Below the pieces are notes generated by a model. It did no database searches and was not told the origin of the DNA. It worked only from the letters and a program-made list of their open reading frames with translations. Shown one piece after another: positions 35,303-44,192 of a stretch of 44,192 nucleotides of DNA. The number at the start of each line of letters is the position of its first letter. Position 1 is the stretch's first letter. This DNA is from Chrysochromulina tobinii. Lineage: Eukaryota. The position numbers and the translations under genes are program-made. The DNA is taken from contig JWZX01002775.1 of assembly GCA_001275005.1 (NCBI GenBank), forward strand, positions 1 through 44,192. Reading direction: 5' to 3'.

Positions 35303-36082
35303 TCAAGCTGCTGGATGCTCACGCAGCCATGTGGCTGCTTTCTCTGTGGCAGCGGCGGTGCAATCATCGATCGCGGCGCTCGCCACCATCGAGTAATAGC
35401 GGCGCGCCATCGTCTCGTCCTTCGGGAAGCCCCAGTTGCCATCAGCGTATAAGAATCCCAGGTTGCAGCACGCGACTTTGCTGCCGCGTTCAGCACCCTG
35501 GCTCATCAGCGTATTCGCACGCGCAAAGCACTTTGGCACGCCATACCCCAGCAAGTAGCACGCTCCAAGGCTGCCAGTCCCACTTGCATCCCCAGCCTCG
35601 TGGCTCTTCTTGTACCACTCGAAAGCCTTGGCCAAGTCCTTGGCGAGGCCCATCTCACCATACTCGCACCAAACTCCCAGTTGGTGCATCACCGCGCCAT
35701 CACCAGCCTCGGCCTTACGCAGCGTCTCCGCCACCTCCTCCTCCTCCTCCAGCTTCAGCTTCCACGCGTCCACCTTGTCGCCCGTGAGAGCGCCCGAGGT
35801 GACCATCGCGCGGATCATGTTCTTGACCCGCAGCGCTGGTAGGAGCTTCACGCCCATCGCCAAGTTCGTCACCGGGCTCTTGTGCTTGTGCTTGAGCCAC
35901 TCCTTGATGGCCGAGCGCTCGTACACGTTGCCGTCCTCCGCCGTGACGGGGTCGACGGGCAGCGAGAAGGTGATGGGGCAGACGAGCTCGGCAAAGGCCT
36001 CCTCGGTGGCGCTCTTGTGTCGGCGCAGCTGCACCGTCGCGTCCTCGGCCTCGGCAGCCGAGCGGTCGCGCTTGGGCGGCAT
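35303..36082 (-). CDS. U-box + Sel1-repeat E3 ligase, copy 4
   Basis: Same architecture; intact ORF MPPKRDR...WLREHPAA*. Confidence 0.9.
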   Translation of the reverse strand: MPPKRDRSAAEAEDATVQLRRHKSATEEAFAELVCPITFSLPVDPVTAEDGNVYERSAIKEWLKHKHKSPVTNLAMGVKLLPALRVKNMIRAMVTSGALTGDKVDAWKLKLEEEEEVAETLRKAEAGDGAVMHQLGVWCEYGEMGLAKDLAKAFEWYKKSHEAGDASGTGSLGACYLLGYGVPKCFARANTLMSQGAERGSKVACCNLGFLYADGNWGFPKDETMARRYYSMVASAAIDDCTAAATEKAATWLREHPAA

Positions 36083-36114
36083 GTGTTTGCAAACACCCGC
36101 GTCCGTTCCTGTGC

Positions 36115-36207
36115 GCACGTTTCGGAACTTAAATAGTTGTGCATGCAGTTCAGTTCAGTTCAGTTAACTGAACTGAACTGCATGCACAAATTAGCGTTGA
36201 AACGTGC
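36115..36207. repeat. Inverted repeat / hairpin upstream of U-box copy 4
   Basis: 24-bp perfect arms ttgtgcatgcagttcagttcagtt (36137-36160) and aactgaactgaactgcatgcacaa (36166-36189); outer arms gcacgtttc / gaaacgtgc. Confidence 0.9.
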
Positions 36208-36728
36208 CTCTCTAACGTGAGCCAAGCCAGTCGCCCCCCCCACAGGACGGTGTGTGTGCGCACAGAGGGTCCCGGGGGGTAAATTTGTGGGTGAGCCCTA
36301 TTAGTGGTGCTAATTGGATAAACTGTGCGGCCGCCGGAGCTTGCCCTCGTGCCCGTGGTATCTTCGTGGCCGCGGCCTTGCCCTTCGGCGGCCCCGTTGC
36401 CGTTCCGTTGGCCGAGCCTAAATGTAGAAAGCATCTCAAAGCGAAGCACACCACACTCTAACGTCCTAGTGTGACGGTCAAAGATCGCTGCGGTAGACCG
36501 CTCACTGCTCTACAGAGTGCAGTTCCATCCATTCTCAATTTCGCGAGTCTTCTTCAGGTCGGCCTTCGTGACAAATCCCGGACGGCCGAGTGACGAATCC
36601 CGGACGGCAGCGAGGCATGAGGGCCGAACGGGCGCTCCTCTGCGTGCCATTCGTATTCAGTCGGCCCAGTCCACTTCCCACGTGAGCTGGGTTCGGGTTC
36701 AGGGTTCGTCAGGGCTCGTCAGGGTTCG

Positions 36729-39509
36729 TCAGTCGGCCCAGTCCGCCTCCCACGTGAGCTGCGCGTCCTTGAGCTGCGCCTTAATCTTGTCGTTGTCCGG
36801 ATCCATTTTGAGCGCCGTCTCGAGCTCGTGCACCGCAAGCTTGACCGTTGTCCGCTCGTTGAGCGCGAGGTGTGCCTCCGCGGCTCGGAGATACGCCTTC
36901 AGATAGCTCGGATCGATCTCGTACGCATCGACGGAATCTTCGGCGGCCTGACGCAGATAGCGCTTCGTCTGAGGCAATTAGAGGCAATTAGAGGCAATTA
37001 GAGGCAATTAGAGGCAATTAGAGGCAATTAGAGGCAATTAGAGGCAATTTTGAGGCAATTAGAGGCAGATAGCGCTTCGTCTGGGACGACGCGCGGACCA
37101 AGCTGGAGTGAGTGGCACTCAGAGGCCATAAGCATGCACTCGGAGGCCATCAGCATGCACTCAGAGGCCATAAGCGGCACACAGAGGTAACCCGAGGTCC
37201 TGCGAGGCCATCAGAGGTCATCAGAGGTCCTGCGAGGCCAACAGAGATCATCAGAGGCAATCACCTTGGAGGGCAGTCCAAGCTTGAGACCGGCCGCAAT
37301 CAGAGGTCATCAGAGGTCATCAGAGGTCATCAGAGGCCATCACCTTGGAGGGCAGCCCAAGTTTGAGACCGGCCGCAGCGCGGTTCGACAGGTACTCTTT
37401 CTTCTGAGGGTTGAGTCGAATCGCCTCGGTAGCGAGGTCGTACCTGTGGGGAAGTGGGAGGGGGCGTCGTGGTGAGCACTTGCATGCACGAGGGTTGAGT
37501 CGAATCGCCTCGGTAGCGAGGTCGTACCTGATGAGGGAGGCAATCAGAGGCCATCAGTGGCCATCAGAGGCCACCAGAGGCCATCAGAGGCCATCAGAGG
37601 CCATAAGAGGCCATAAGAGGCCATTAGAGGCCATCAGAGGCCATTGGTGGCCATCAGTGGCCAGCAGAGGCCATAGGACGTACGAGCGTTGGTACTCCTT
37701 CTCCTTGAACGCCCAATGGGGGAGGCAATCAGTGGCAATTAGAGGCCATCGGACGTACGAGCGTTGGTACTCCTTCTCCTTGAACGCCCAATGGGGGAGG
37801 CAATCAGTGGCAATTCGAGGCCATAGGACGTACGAGCGTTGGTACTCCTTCTCCTTGAACGCACGGACCGCCGCGTCGTTGAACTCCTCGGCGACCGCTG
37901 GCGCCTCGGCAGAGCTCGGTTTGAGCTCGGGTCGCGTCTTCGGCGGCACGTACCTGTGGGGAAGTGGTGGGGCGTCGTGATGAGCACTTGCATGCACGAG
38001 GGTCGCGTCTTCGGCGGCACGTACACGGGCGCTCGTTCCTTCTTCGCAATCAGAGGCAATCAGAGGCAATCAGTGGCACGTACACGGGCGCTCGTTCCTT
38101 CTTCGCCGCCTGATCGAAGCCGACTCCACCCACCGCCTCCCACGGCCGGGCCGCCGCGTCGGCACCCACCTGACGAGAGGCATGCGATCGAGGAGGCACT
38201 CAGCATGCAATGAGGAGGCATGCAATCGGGCCGCCGCGTCGGCACCCACCTGACGAGAGGCATGCGATCGGCGTACAATCAGAGGCCATCAGAGGGTAAG
38301 ACCACCCACCTGTGTCTCCTCTCCAAAGGTCTGGCGGGCAATCAGCATGCAATCACCATGCAATCAGCATGCAATCAGCATGCAATCAGCATGCAATCAG
38401 CATGCAATCACCATGCAATCACCATGCAATCACCATGCAATCACCATGCAATCACCATGCAAACAGCATGCAATCAGCATGCAATCAGCATGCAATCAGC
38501 ATGCAATCAGACCCACCTGTGCCTTCTCTCCGAAGGTCTGCAGCAGATCATCGGTGCTCATGCCAGCCGTTGTGGCGACGATCGCGCCAGACCCGATCAC
38601 CGGGGCGCTACTGCCGCCGCCGCCGCCGCCATTGTACCCCAGCTCCCGCTGGCGCTTATCTTCGAGACTCTGCGTCGTTGTGTACACGGAGCCTGCATGC
38701 ACGTGGTAGTTGGGAGGCCATCAGTCGCAATCAGCATGCACTCAGTCGCAATCAGCATGCACTCAGTCGCAATCAGCATGCACTCAGTCGCAATCAGCAT
38801 GCACTCAGTCGCAAAATCAGCAATCACCTGCATGCACGTGGTAGCTGGGATCCTCTTTGCTCCCCGCTGACCATGGTATGGAGAGGTTGATGCCAAACTC
38901 GGCGTGCGGCCGGTAGTCGCCTCGCTTCTTGAGCAGCATCTCGATCTGGTAGGGGTCCGCGCCCTTGAGCGCCATCACGAGCACATCCTCGAGCGACTGC
39001 ATCGGCGGGATGACGAAGTTCTCGGCCCAACGCTTGTAGTCAAAGTTGTTGGTGGTGAGGAAGTGGTAGGCGGCGTGCACGGCGGTGAACACGTCGGCCG
39101 CCTCCTTTTGGCGGCGCATGTTCTTGTCCGGATGCCACTTGAGCGACATCTTGCGGAATCGCATCTTGACCTTGTCGAGGTTGCCACGGTCCTCCTTCTT
39201 GACGCCGAGGAAGTCGTAGGCCTGGTCGGTGGTCATGGGCATGCCCGGGATCTCGGGCAGCGGCTCGAATGGCGCCGTGTCGGGCGCGTCCTTCTGCTTC
39301 ACATCCGCCGCCTCAAGGAATGCGTTCAGGTCGGGCAGGTTCTGTGCGCCCTCGACGCCGCCTTCGTACGGCCGCGCCGCACGGTCGTTGATCTCGCCAA
39401 AGGTGCCGTCACCCCGGACGTTGTGGCCCGACAGCTTGTGCACGTACGTGGGCGGCGGGGGAGTCGGCGTCGCGTCGGAGGATGCGGCCGCGCTCTCGCT
39501 GTCGGCCAT
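36729..39509 (-). CDS. DnaJ-domain + C-terminal TPR co-chaperone, multi-exon
   Basis: AYDFLGV...FRKMSLKWHPDKN...FTAVHAAYHFL J-domain. TPR exons AEEFNDAAVRAFKEKEYQRS, YLKAYLRAAEAHLAL, ALKMDPDNDKIK. Stop after WEADWAD. Confidence 0.85.
36970..37066. repeat. Intronic (GAGGCAATTA)n array
   Basis: About 9 units, flanked by duplicated gcagatagcgcttcgtctg. Confidence 0.9.
38338..38510. repeat. Intronic 11-bp array (AATCAGCATGC/AATCACCATGC)n
   Basis: Directly visible; same unit as the insertion around 6404-6447. Confidence 0.9.
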
Positions 39510-39741
39510 GGACGACGACGACTCGGCTGGGTGAGTCCTTCGCGAGCCGAGCGGAGCGCGCGCAGGTGCCGTTATAGGCACGCGAGCCACGTCACCAAAA
39601 CTTGAACTGACGCGACAGACTAGCCCCTCACCCGAACGGCCGTGGACGATGATGGCAGAGCGAAAGTGAGGTCGGATTTTTTGTAGTTTTCGCAGGGAAG
39701 TTTGCAAACGACTTCTCGCGAACGCCACCCGCCGCGCCAAC

Positions 39742-40521
39742 ATGCCGCCCAAGCGCGGCCTCGAGGCTGCCGAGGCCGAGGACGCGACGGTGCAGCTGCG
39801 CCGACACAAGAGCGCCACCGAGGAGGCCTTTGCCGAGCTCGTCTGCCCCATCACCTTCTCGCTGCCCGTCGACCCCGTCACGGCGGAGGACGGCAACGTG
39901 TACGAGCGCTCGGCCATCGAGGAGTGGCTCAAGCAGCAGCTCAAGAGCCCGGTGACGAACTTGGCGATGGGCACGAAGCTGCAGCCGGCGCTGCGGGTGA
40001 AGAACATGATCCGCGCGATGGTCACCTCGGGCGCTCTCACGGGTGACAAGGTGGACGCGTGGAAGCTGAAGCTAGAGGAGGAGGAGGAGGTGGCGGAGAT
40101 GCTGCGTAAGGCCGAGGCTGGTGATGGCGGGGCGATGCGCAGACTGGGGAAATGGTACAAGTATGGTGAGAAGGGCCTCGCAAAGGACTTGGCCAAGGCT
40201 TTCGAGTGGTACGAGAAGAGCCACGAGGCCGGGGATGCAAGTGGGACTTGCTGCCTTGGCACGTGCTACTTGGTTGGGATGGGCGTGCCAGAGTGTCAAT
40301 CGCGTGCCAATACGCTGCTGAGCGAGGCCGCTGGGCGCGGCAGCAAGCTCGCGTGCTGCACTCTGGGGCGCGCATACGGTGATGGCCTCTGGGGCTTCCC
40401 GAAGGACGAGAAGATGGCGCGCCGCTACTACTCGATGGTGGCGAGCGCCGCGATCCATGATCTCACCGGCGACGCAAAGGAGGAAGCAGCCACATGGCTG
40501 CGTGAGCATCCAGCAGCTTGA
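39742..40521 (+). CDS. U-box + Sel1-repeat E3 ligase, copy 5
   Basis: Intact 259-aa ORF, divergent from the DnaJ-TPR gene. Confidence 0.9.
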   Translation: MPPKRGLEAAEAEDATVQLRRHKSATEEAFAELVCPITFSLPVDPVTAEDGNVYERSAIEEWLKQQLKSPVTNLAMGTKLQPALRVKNMIRAMVTSGALTGDKVDAWKLKLEEEEEVAEMLRKAEAGDGGAMRRLGKWYKYGEKGLAKDLAKAFEWYEKSHEAGDASGTCCLGTCYLVGMGVPECQSRANTLLSEAAGRGSKLACCTLGRAYGDGLWGFPKDEKMARRYYSMVASAAIHDLTGDAKEEAATWLREHPAA

Positions 40522-40884
40522 CTCGGCATTGGCACATTTGGTTTGGCTCAGCGGCTGAGCTAGCTCGGTTACATGGCTCGGCGGTGCCAATCTCTCTACG
40601 CGTGTACTTGTATAGCGTCGTCACTCACCAGCCGAGCCCGCCCCCGTGGCGGCTAGCCCGTGTGGGCTGCGCATCGCGCATGAGGCGTGCACAACTTCAA
40701 TGATGAGCATGTACATGTATCCGTATCGGTTTATCGCGAGGACTTATATTGAGTGTGTTTGCACGTTGGGGAAGTATTCGAGTCAGGCGTTACAAGACAT
40801 GCCGCGCATCTCGCACTCGAGGTTGCGAACTTCTCGGACAATGTGGCGTCGTCCCCCTCGCTGAAGTCCACGCATCGGACCGCG

Positions 40885-42396
40885 ATGCAGCGCAGCCTGC
40901 GCCTTCTCGTGCTGGCCACCTCCTCGTCGTACAGCTGCGCGTGGGAGGTGGCCAGGGTGCCGTCTCGCCACGCCCACGGAGTCGCGCGCCGCAGCGCGCT
41001 CTCAATGTCCGCCACCACCGCCGCGCCCGTTGCCTCGGCGGCGGATGAGCTAGTGACCGCCATCTCGGGCGACGGCTCGATCTCCGCGAAAGCCATCGTG
41101 ACGACCGCGCTGGTCGCCGAGACGAGCCGGCTGCAGGGCCTCGGCGGCCTCGCGGCCGCGGCGCTCGGCCGCGCCCTCACGTGCACGCTGATGATCGCGG
41201 ACGGTCTCGAAGAGGATGAGACCTTCCAGGTCAACTTCCAGGGCGATGGGCCGCTGCGCGGCGTGCTGGCGCTCGCGAACGGGAAGCTCGAGGCGCGCGG
41301 CTACGTGGGCAACCCGGCGGTCACGCTGCCGCCCAACGCCAAGGGCAAGTTCGACGTGGGGCAAGGTGTGGGCAAGGGCTCGCTGCAGGTCGTGCGAACG
41401 AAGAACCTGCCCGGGGAGGTGGTGTCGTCGCCGTACACGTCGATCACGGAGATCAAGACGGGCGAGATCCCGGAGGACATTAACTACTTCCTCTGCGATT
41501 CGGAGCAAAAGGAGGGAGCTCTCGCCGCCGGCGTCTATGTGAACGGGCTCGACCCGGGCACCGACCGCAACGGCCTGTGCCTCAACGGCGCGCTCGTGCA
41601 GGCGGCGGGAGGCTGGTACGTGTCGCTGCTGCCCTTTCCGAATGAGGATGCGGTGGCGCAGCTGCAGAAGAATCTCGAGGCGATCTCGCACCGCTCGCCC
41701 ACCCAGATGATCCGTGACGGGCTGAGCGCCGAGGACATCCTGCAGCTGCTGCTCAAGGACATGGCGCCCCAGATCATGAGGCGCGCGGTGCGTCTGTTGG
41801 CCTCTGATGGCCTCTGATGGCTTCGTATGACCGATGATTGCATCCCTCATCATGGAGACCGGACGAGCTTTTGCGGGGCCTCTGATGGCTTCGTATGACC
41901 GATGATTGCATCCCTCATCATGGAGCCCAAGATCGGCTGCCTGCCTCTCTGATTACGTATTACGACCGATGATTGCATCCCTCATCATGGAGCCCAAGAT
42001 CGGCTGCCTGCCTCTCTGATTACGTATTACGACCGATGATTGCATCCCTCATCATGGAGCCTAAGATCGGGTGCCTGCCTCTCTGATTACGTATTATGAC
42101 CGATGAATGCAGTGCCTCTGAGTGCCTCTGAGTGCCTCGGAGTGCCTCTGAGTGCCTCTGAGTGCCTCTGATGATGAGCTTCATCCCAGGTGCCCGCCTC
42201 GCTGGCGGCGAGCTGCAAGTGCTCCGAGGAGCGCGTGATGCGCACGCTGCGGCTGCTCCCGCGTTCGGAGATCGAGGACATCATGGAGAAGCACGAGGAC
42301 ATCGAGGTCAAGTGCGAGTTCTGCGGCAAACGGTACAACATGACGCCGGAGGAGATCAAGACGAATCTGGACGCGACCCCGAAAGGGACTCCCTGA
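40885..42396 (+). CDS. hslO: Hsp33 redox-regulated chaperone, plastid-type presequence; exons 40885-41787 and 42190-42396
   Basis: AAALGRALT, FQGDGPLRGVLA, RGYV, PYTS...GEIPEDINYFLCDSEQ, AAGG motifs; exon 2 carries the CKC...CEFC zinc ligands. GT-AG intron 41788-42189 keeps the frame. Confidence 0.92.
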
Positions 42397-42480
42397 GCTC
42401 TACAGGGGGAGATCGAGAGGTCCCTGAGCTCAACAGGGGGAGATCGAGAGGTCCCTGAGCTCCGCATAGGGAGATCGAGA
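42390..42480 (+). repeat. Three ~31-bp tandem units overlapping the Hsp33 stop codon
   Basis: ccctgagctc(t/a/c)..aggg(gg)agatcgaga repeated three times. Confidence 0.8.
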
Positions 42481-42991
42481 GACACTCCTGGCGCGCAGCG
42501 GCCCCAGCGGAGCAGGCGGCGCCCGCCTCCGAGCGAAGGTACGCACGTGAGTTATCCGCTGCCGTGGCGGCGCACGTCGGTTTTGGTTTTTCTCTAGTCA
42601 AAATAAGTAACGCCGTGCGCGCCCGGGGAAAGCCCGGGGTGGGCCGTGATCGCCGTGAAAGTCGCGCGCATTGGCGTCGCGCGCGCGGCCGCGCGCCGCG
42701 CCGCGCCCCAATCACTCCCGCCCGCGCAATTTTAACCCATGAAATTATACACAGAGATCAGAGTGTGTATACGTGACGACGAAGATAACGTCGTGTCCCC
42801 TGTGTGACATGATTGTTGCATTGTTCCCTCATGACGCCACACGTGCTCGCGTCTTGAATCAAATGTCTGGCCTATTGAGTACTCACCCGGTCGTGGACGT
42901 GGATCGCTTAGCGAGAGGGCGATGCCGACTCACATCTTTTAATTTGAGATCCTTTCACACACAGCCGTCGCGCGACTTCCCGCCTACAACC

Positions 42992-43771
42992 ATGCCGCCC
43001 AAGCGCGGCCGTGCGGCTGCCGAGGCCGAGGACGAGACGGTGCAGCTGCGCCGACACAAGAGCGCCACCGAGGAGGCCATGAACGAGTTCCTCTGCCCCA
43101 TCACCTTTTCGCTGCCCGTCGACCCCGTCATGGCGGAGGACGGCAACGTGTACGAGCGCTCGGCCATCGAGGAGTGGCTCAAGCAGCAGCACAAGAGCCC
43201 GGTGACGAACTTGGCGATGGGCACGAGGCTGCTGCCGGCGCTGCGGGTCAAGAACATGATCCGCGCGATGGTCACCTCGGGCGCTCTCACGGGTGACAAG
43301 GTGGACGCATGGAAGCTGAAGCTGGAGGAGGAGGAGGAGGTGGCGGAGAAGCTGCGTGAGGCCGAGGCTGGTCATGGCGGGGCGATGTACAACCTGGGAG
43401 TTTGGTACGAGAAGGGTCAGAAGGGCCTCGCAAAGGACTTGGCCAAGGCTTTCGAGTGGTACGAGAAGAGCCACGAGGCTGGGAATGCAGGTGGGACTGG
43501 CGGCCTTGGAGCGTGCTACTTGGTTGGGATGGGCGTGCCAAAGTGCCTGGCGCGTGGTGCTATGCTGCTGGGCCAAGCCGCTGAACGCGGCAGCAAAGCC
43601 GCGTGCTACCAACTGGGATTCGTATACGCTGATGGCAACTTGGGCTTCCCGAAGGACGAGAAGATGGCGCGCCGCTACTACTCGATGGTGGCGAGCGCCT
43701 CGAACGAGGATTGCAGCGACGCTGCCACAGAGAAAGCAGCCACATGGCTGCGTGAGCATCCAGCAGCTTGA
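42992..43771 (+). CDS. U-box + Sel1-repeat E3 ligase, copy 6
   Basis: Intact ORF from MPPKRGR to WLREHPAA*. Confidence 0.9.
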   Translation: MPPKRGRAAAEAEDETVQLRRHKSATEEAMNEFLCPITFSLPVDPVMAEDGNVYERSAIEEWLKQQHKSPVTNLAMGTRLLPALRVKNMIRAMVTSGALTGDKVDAWKLKLEEEEEVAEKLREAEAGHGGAMYNLGVWYEKGQKGLAKDLAKAFEWYEKSHEAGNAGGTGGLGACYLVGMGVPKCLARGAMLLGQAAERGSKAACYQLGFVYADGNLGFPKDEKMARRYYSMVASASNEDCSDAATEKAATWLREHPAA

Positions 43772-44041
43772 CTCGGCTTTGGCACGTTTGAGTGGTGCCT
43801 TACAGTGGGCGTGTGGCTCAGTGCACGGCCCATGGCCACACTCTCTGTGCCATCCTCTCTCGACGCCTCCGGCACCTGGCGTCTGGGAAGCAACGCGCGG
43901 CACCAGCGGCCCCAGGGCGCCCGTTCTCCGTGCGAAGGTGTGGGCGCATGCATAAATCCAGTGTCATGGTGTGTTCACACCGATCACAGTAACGTTTACA
44001 CTACGATCGACTCTTACGCGGGGAAATCTCGTTGACACAAA

Positions 44042-44192
44042 ATGCCGCCCAAGCGCGACCGCGAGGCTGCCGAGGCCGAGGATGAGACGGCGCAGCTGCG
44101 CCGGCACAAGAGCGCCTTCGAGGAGGCCATGAACGAGTTCCTCTGCCCCATCACCTTCTCGCTGCCCGTCGACCCCGTCACGGCGGAGGACG
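44042..44192 (+). CDS. U-box + Sel1 family, copy 7 (truncated by window end)
   Basis: MPPKRDREAAEAEDETAQLRRHKSAFEEAMNEFLCPITFSLPVDPVTAED. Confidence 0.88.
   Translation, partial: MPPKRDREAAEAEDETAQLRRHKSAFEEAMNEFLCPITFSLPVDPVTAED

Noticed and set aside
38817..40262. 481-aa ORF as one protein
   Set aside because: Its N-terminal half is the antisense of U-box copy 5; the J-protein most likely starts at 39509.
5350..44192. Diversity-generating retroelement behind the Sel1 variability
   Set aside because: No reverse transcriptase or template repeat in the window, and changes are not confined to adenines.
1..44192. Autonomous transposase, Helitron Rep/helicase or reverse transcriptase driving the insertions
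   Set aside because: No such motifs found in the ORF track; any responsible enzyme must be encoded elsewhere.

Overview
Eukaryotic, GC-rich, intron-dense DNA. GC-AG introns, repeat-filled introns and bipartite plastid-type N-termini point to a haptophyte alga, possibly Chrysochromulina-like (inference). Genes: a minus-strand TPR plus putative JmjC/cupin gene running off the left edge; a degenerate tyrosine-phosphatase-like gene and a partial duplicate of it; one ~22.7 kb minus-strand NLR-like gene (EF-hand, LRR, SH3-like pair, NACHT with a large internal insertion, LRR, a second degenerate NACHT, LRR); a divergently transcribed bestrophin; a DnaJ-TPR gene; a plastid-type Hsp33; and seven intronless U-box/Sel1 E3-ligase paralogues. 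Two things stand out. (1) Many introns look built by one recurring process: a 15-40 bp duplication of exon sequence supplies one splice site, and an insert of strand-polarised 10-11 bp branch-point-like tandem repeats or one of two stereotyped acceptor cassettes supplies the rest. An empty/filled site pair is visible inside the window. (2) The U-box/Sel1 gene appears to be amplifying, with a circularly permuted flank junction and hypervariable Sel1 positions. Exon models were traced by eye and domain calls come from motif recognition, not database searches.
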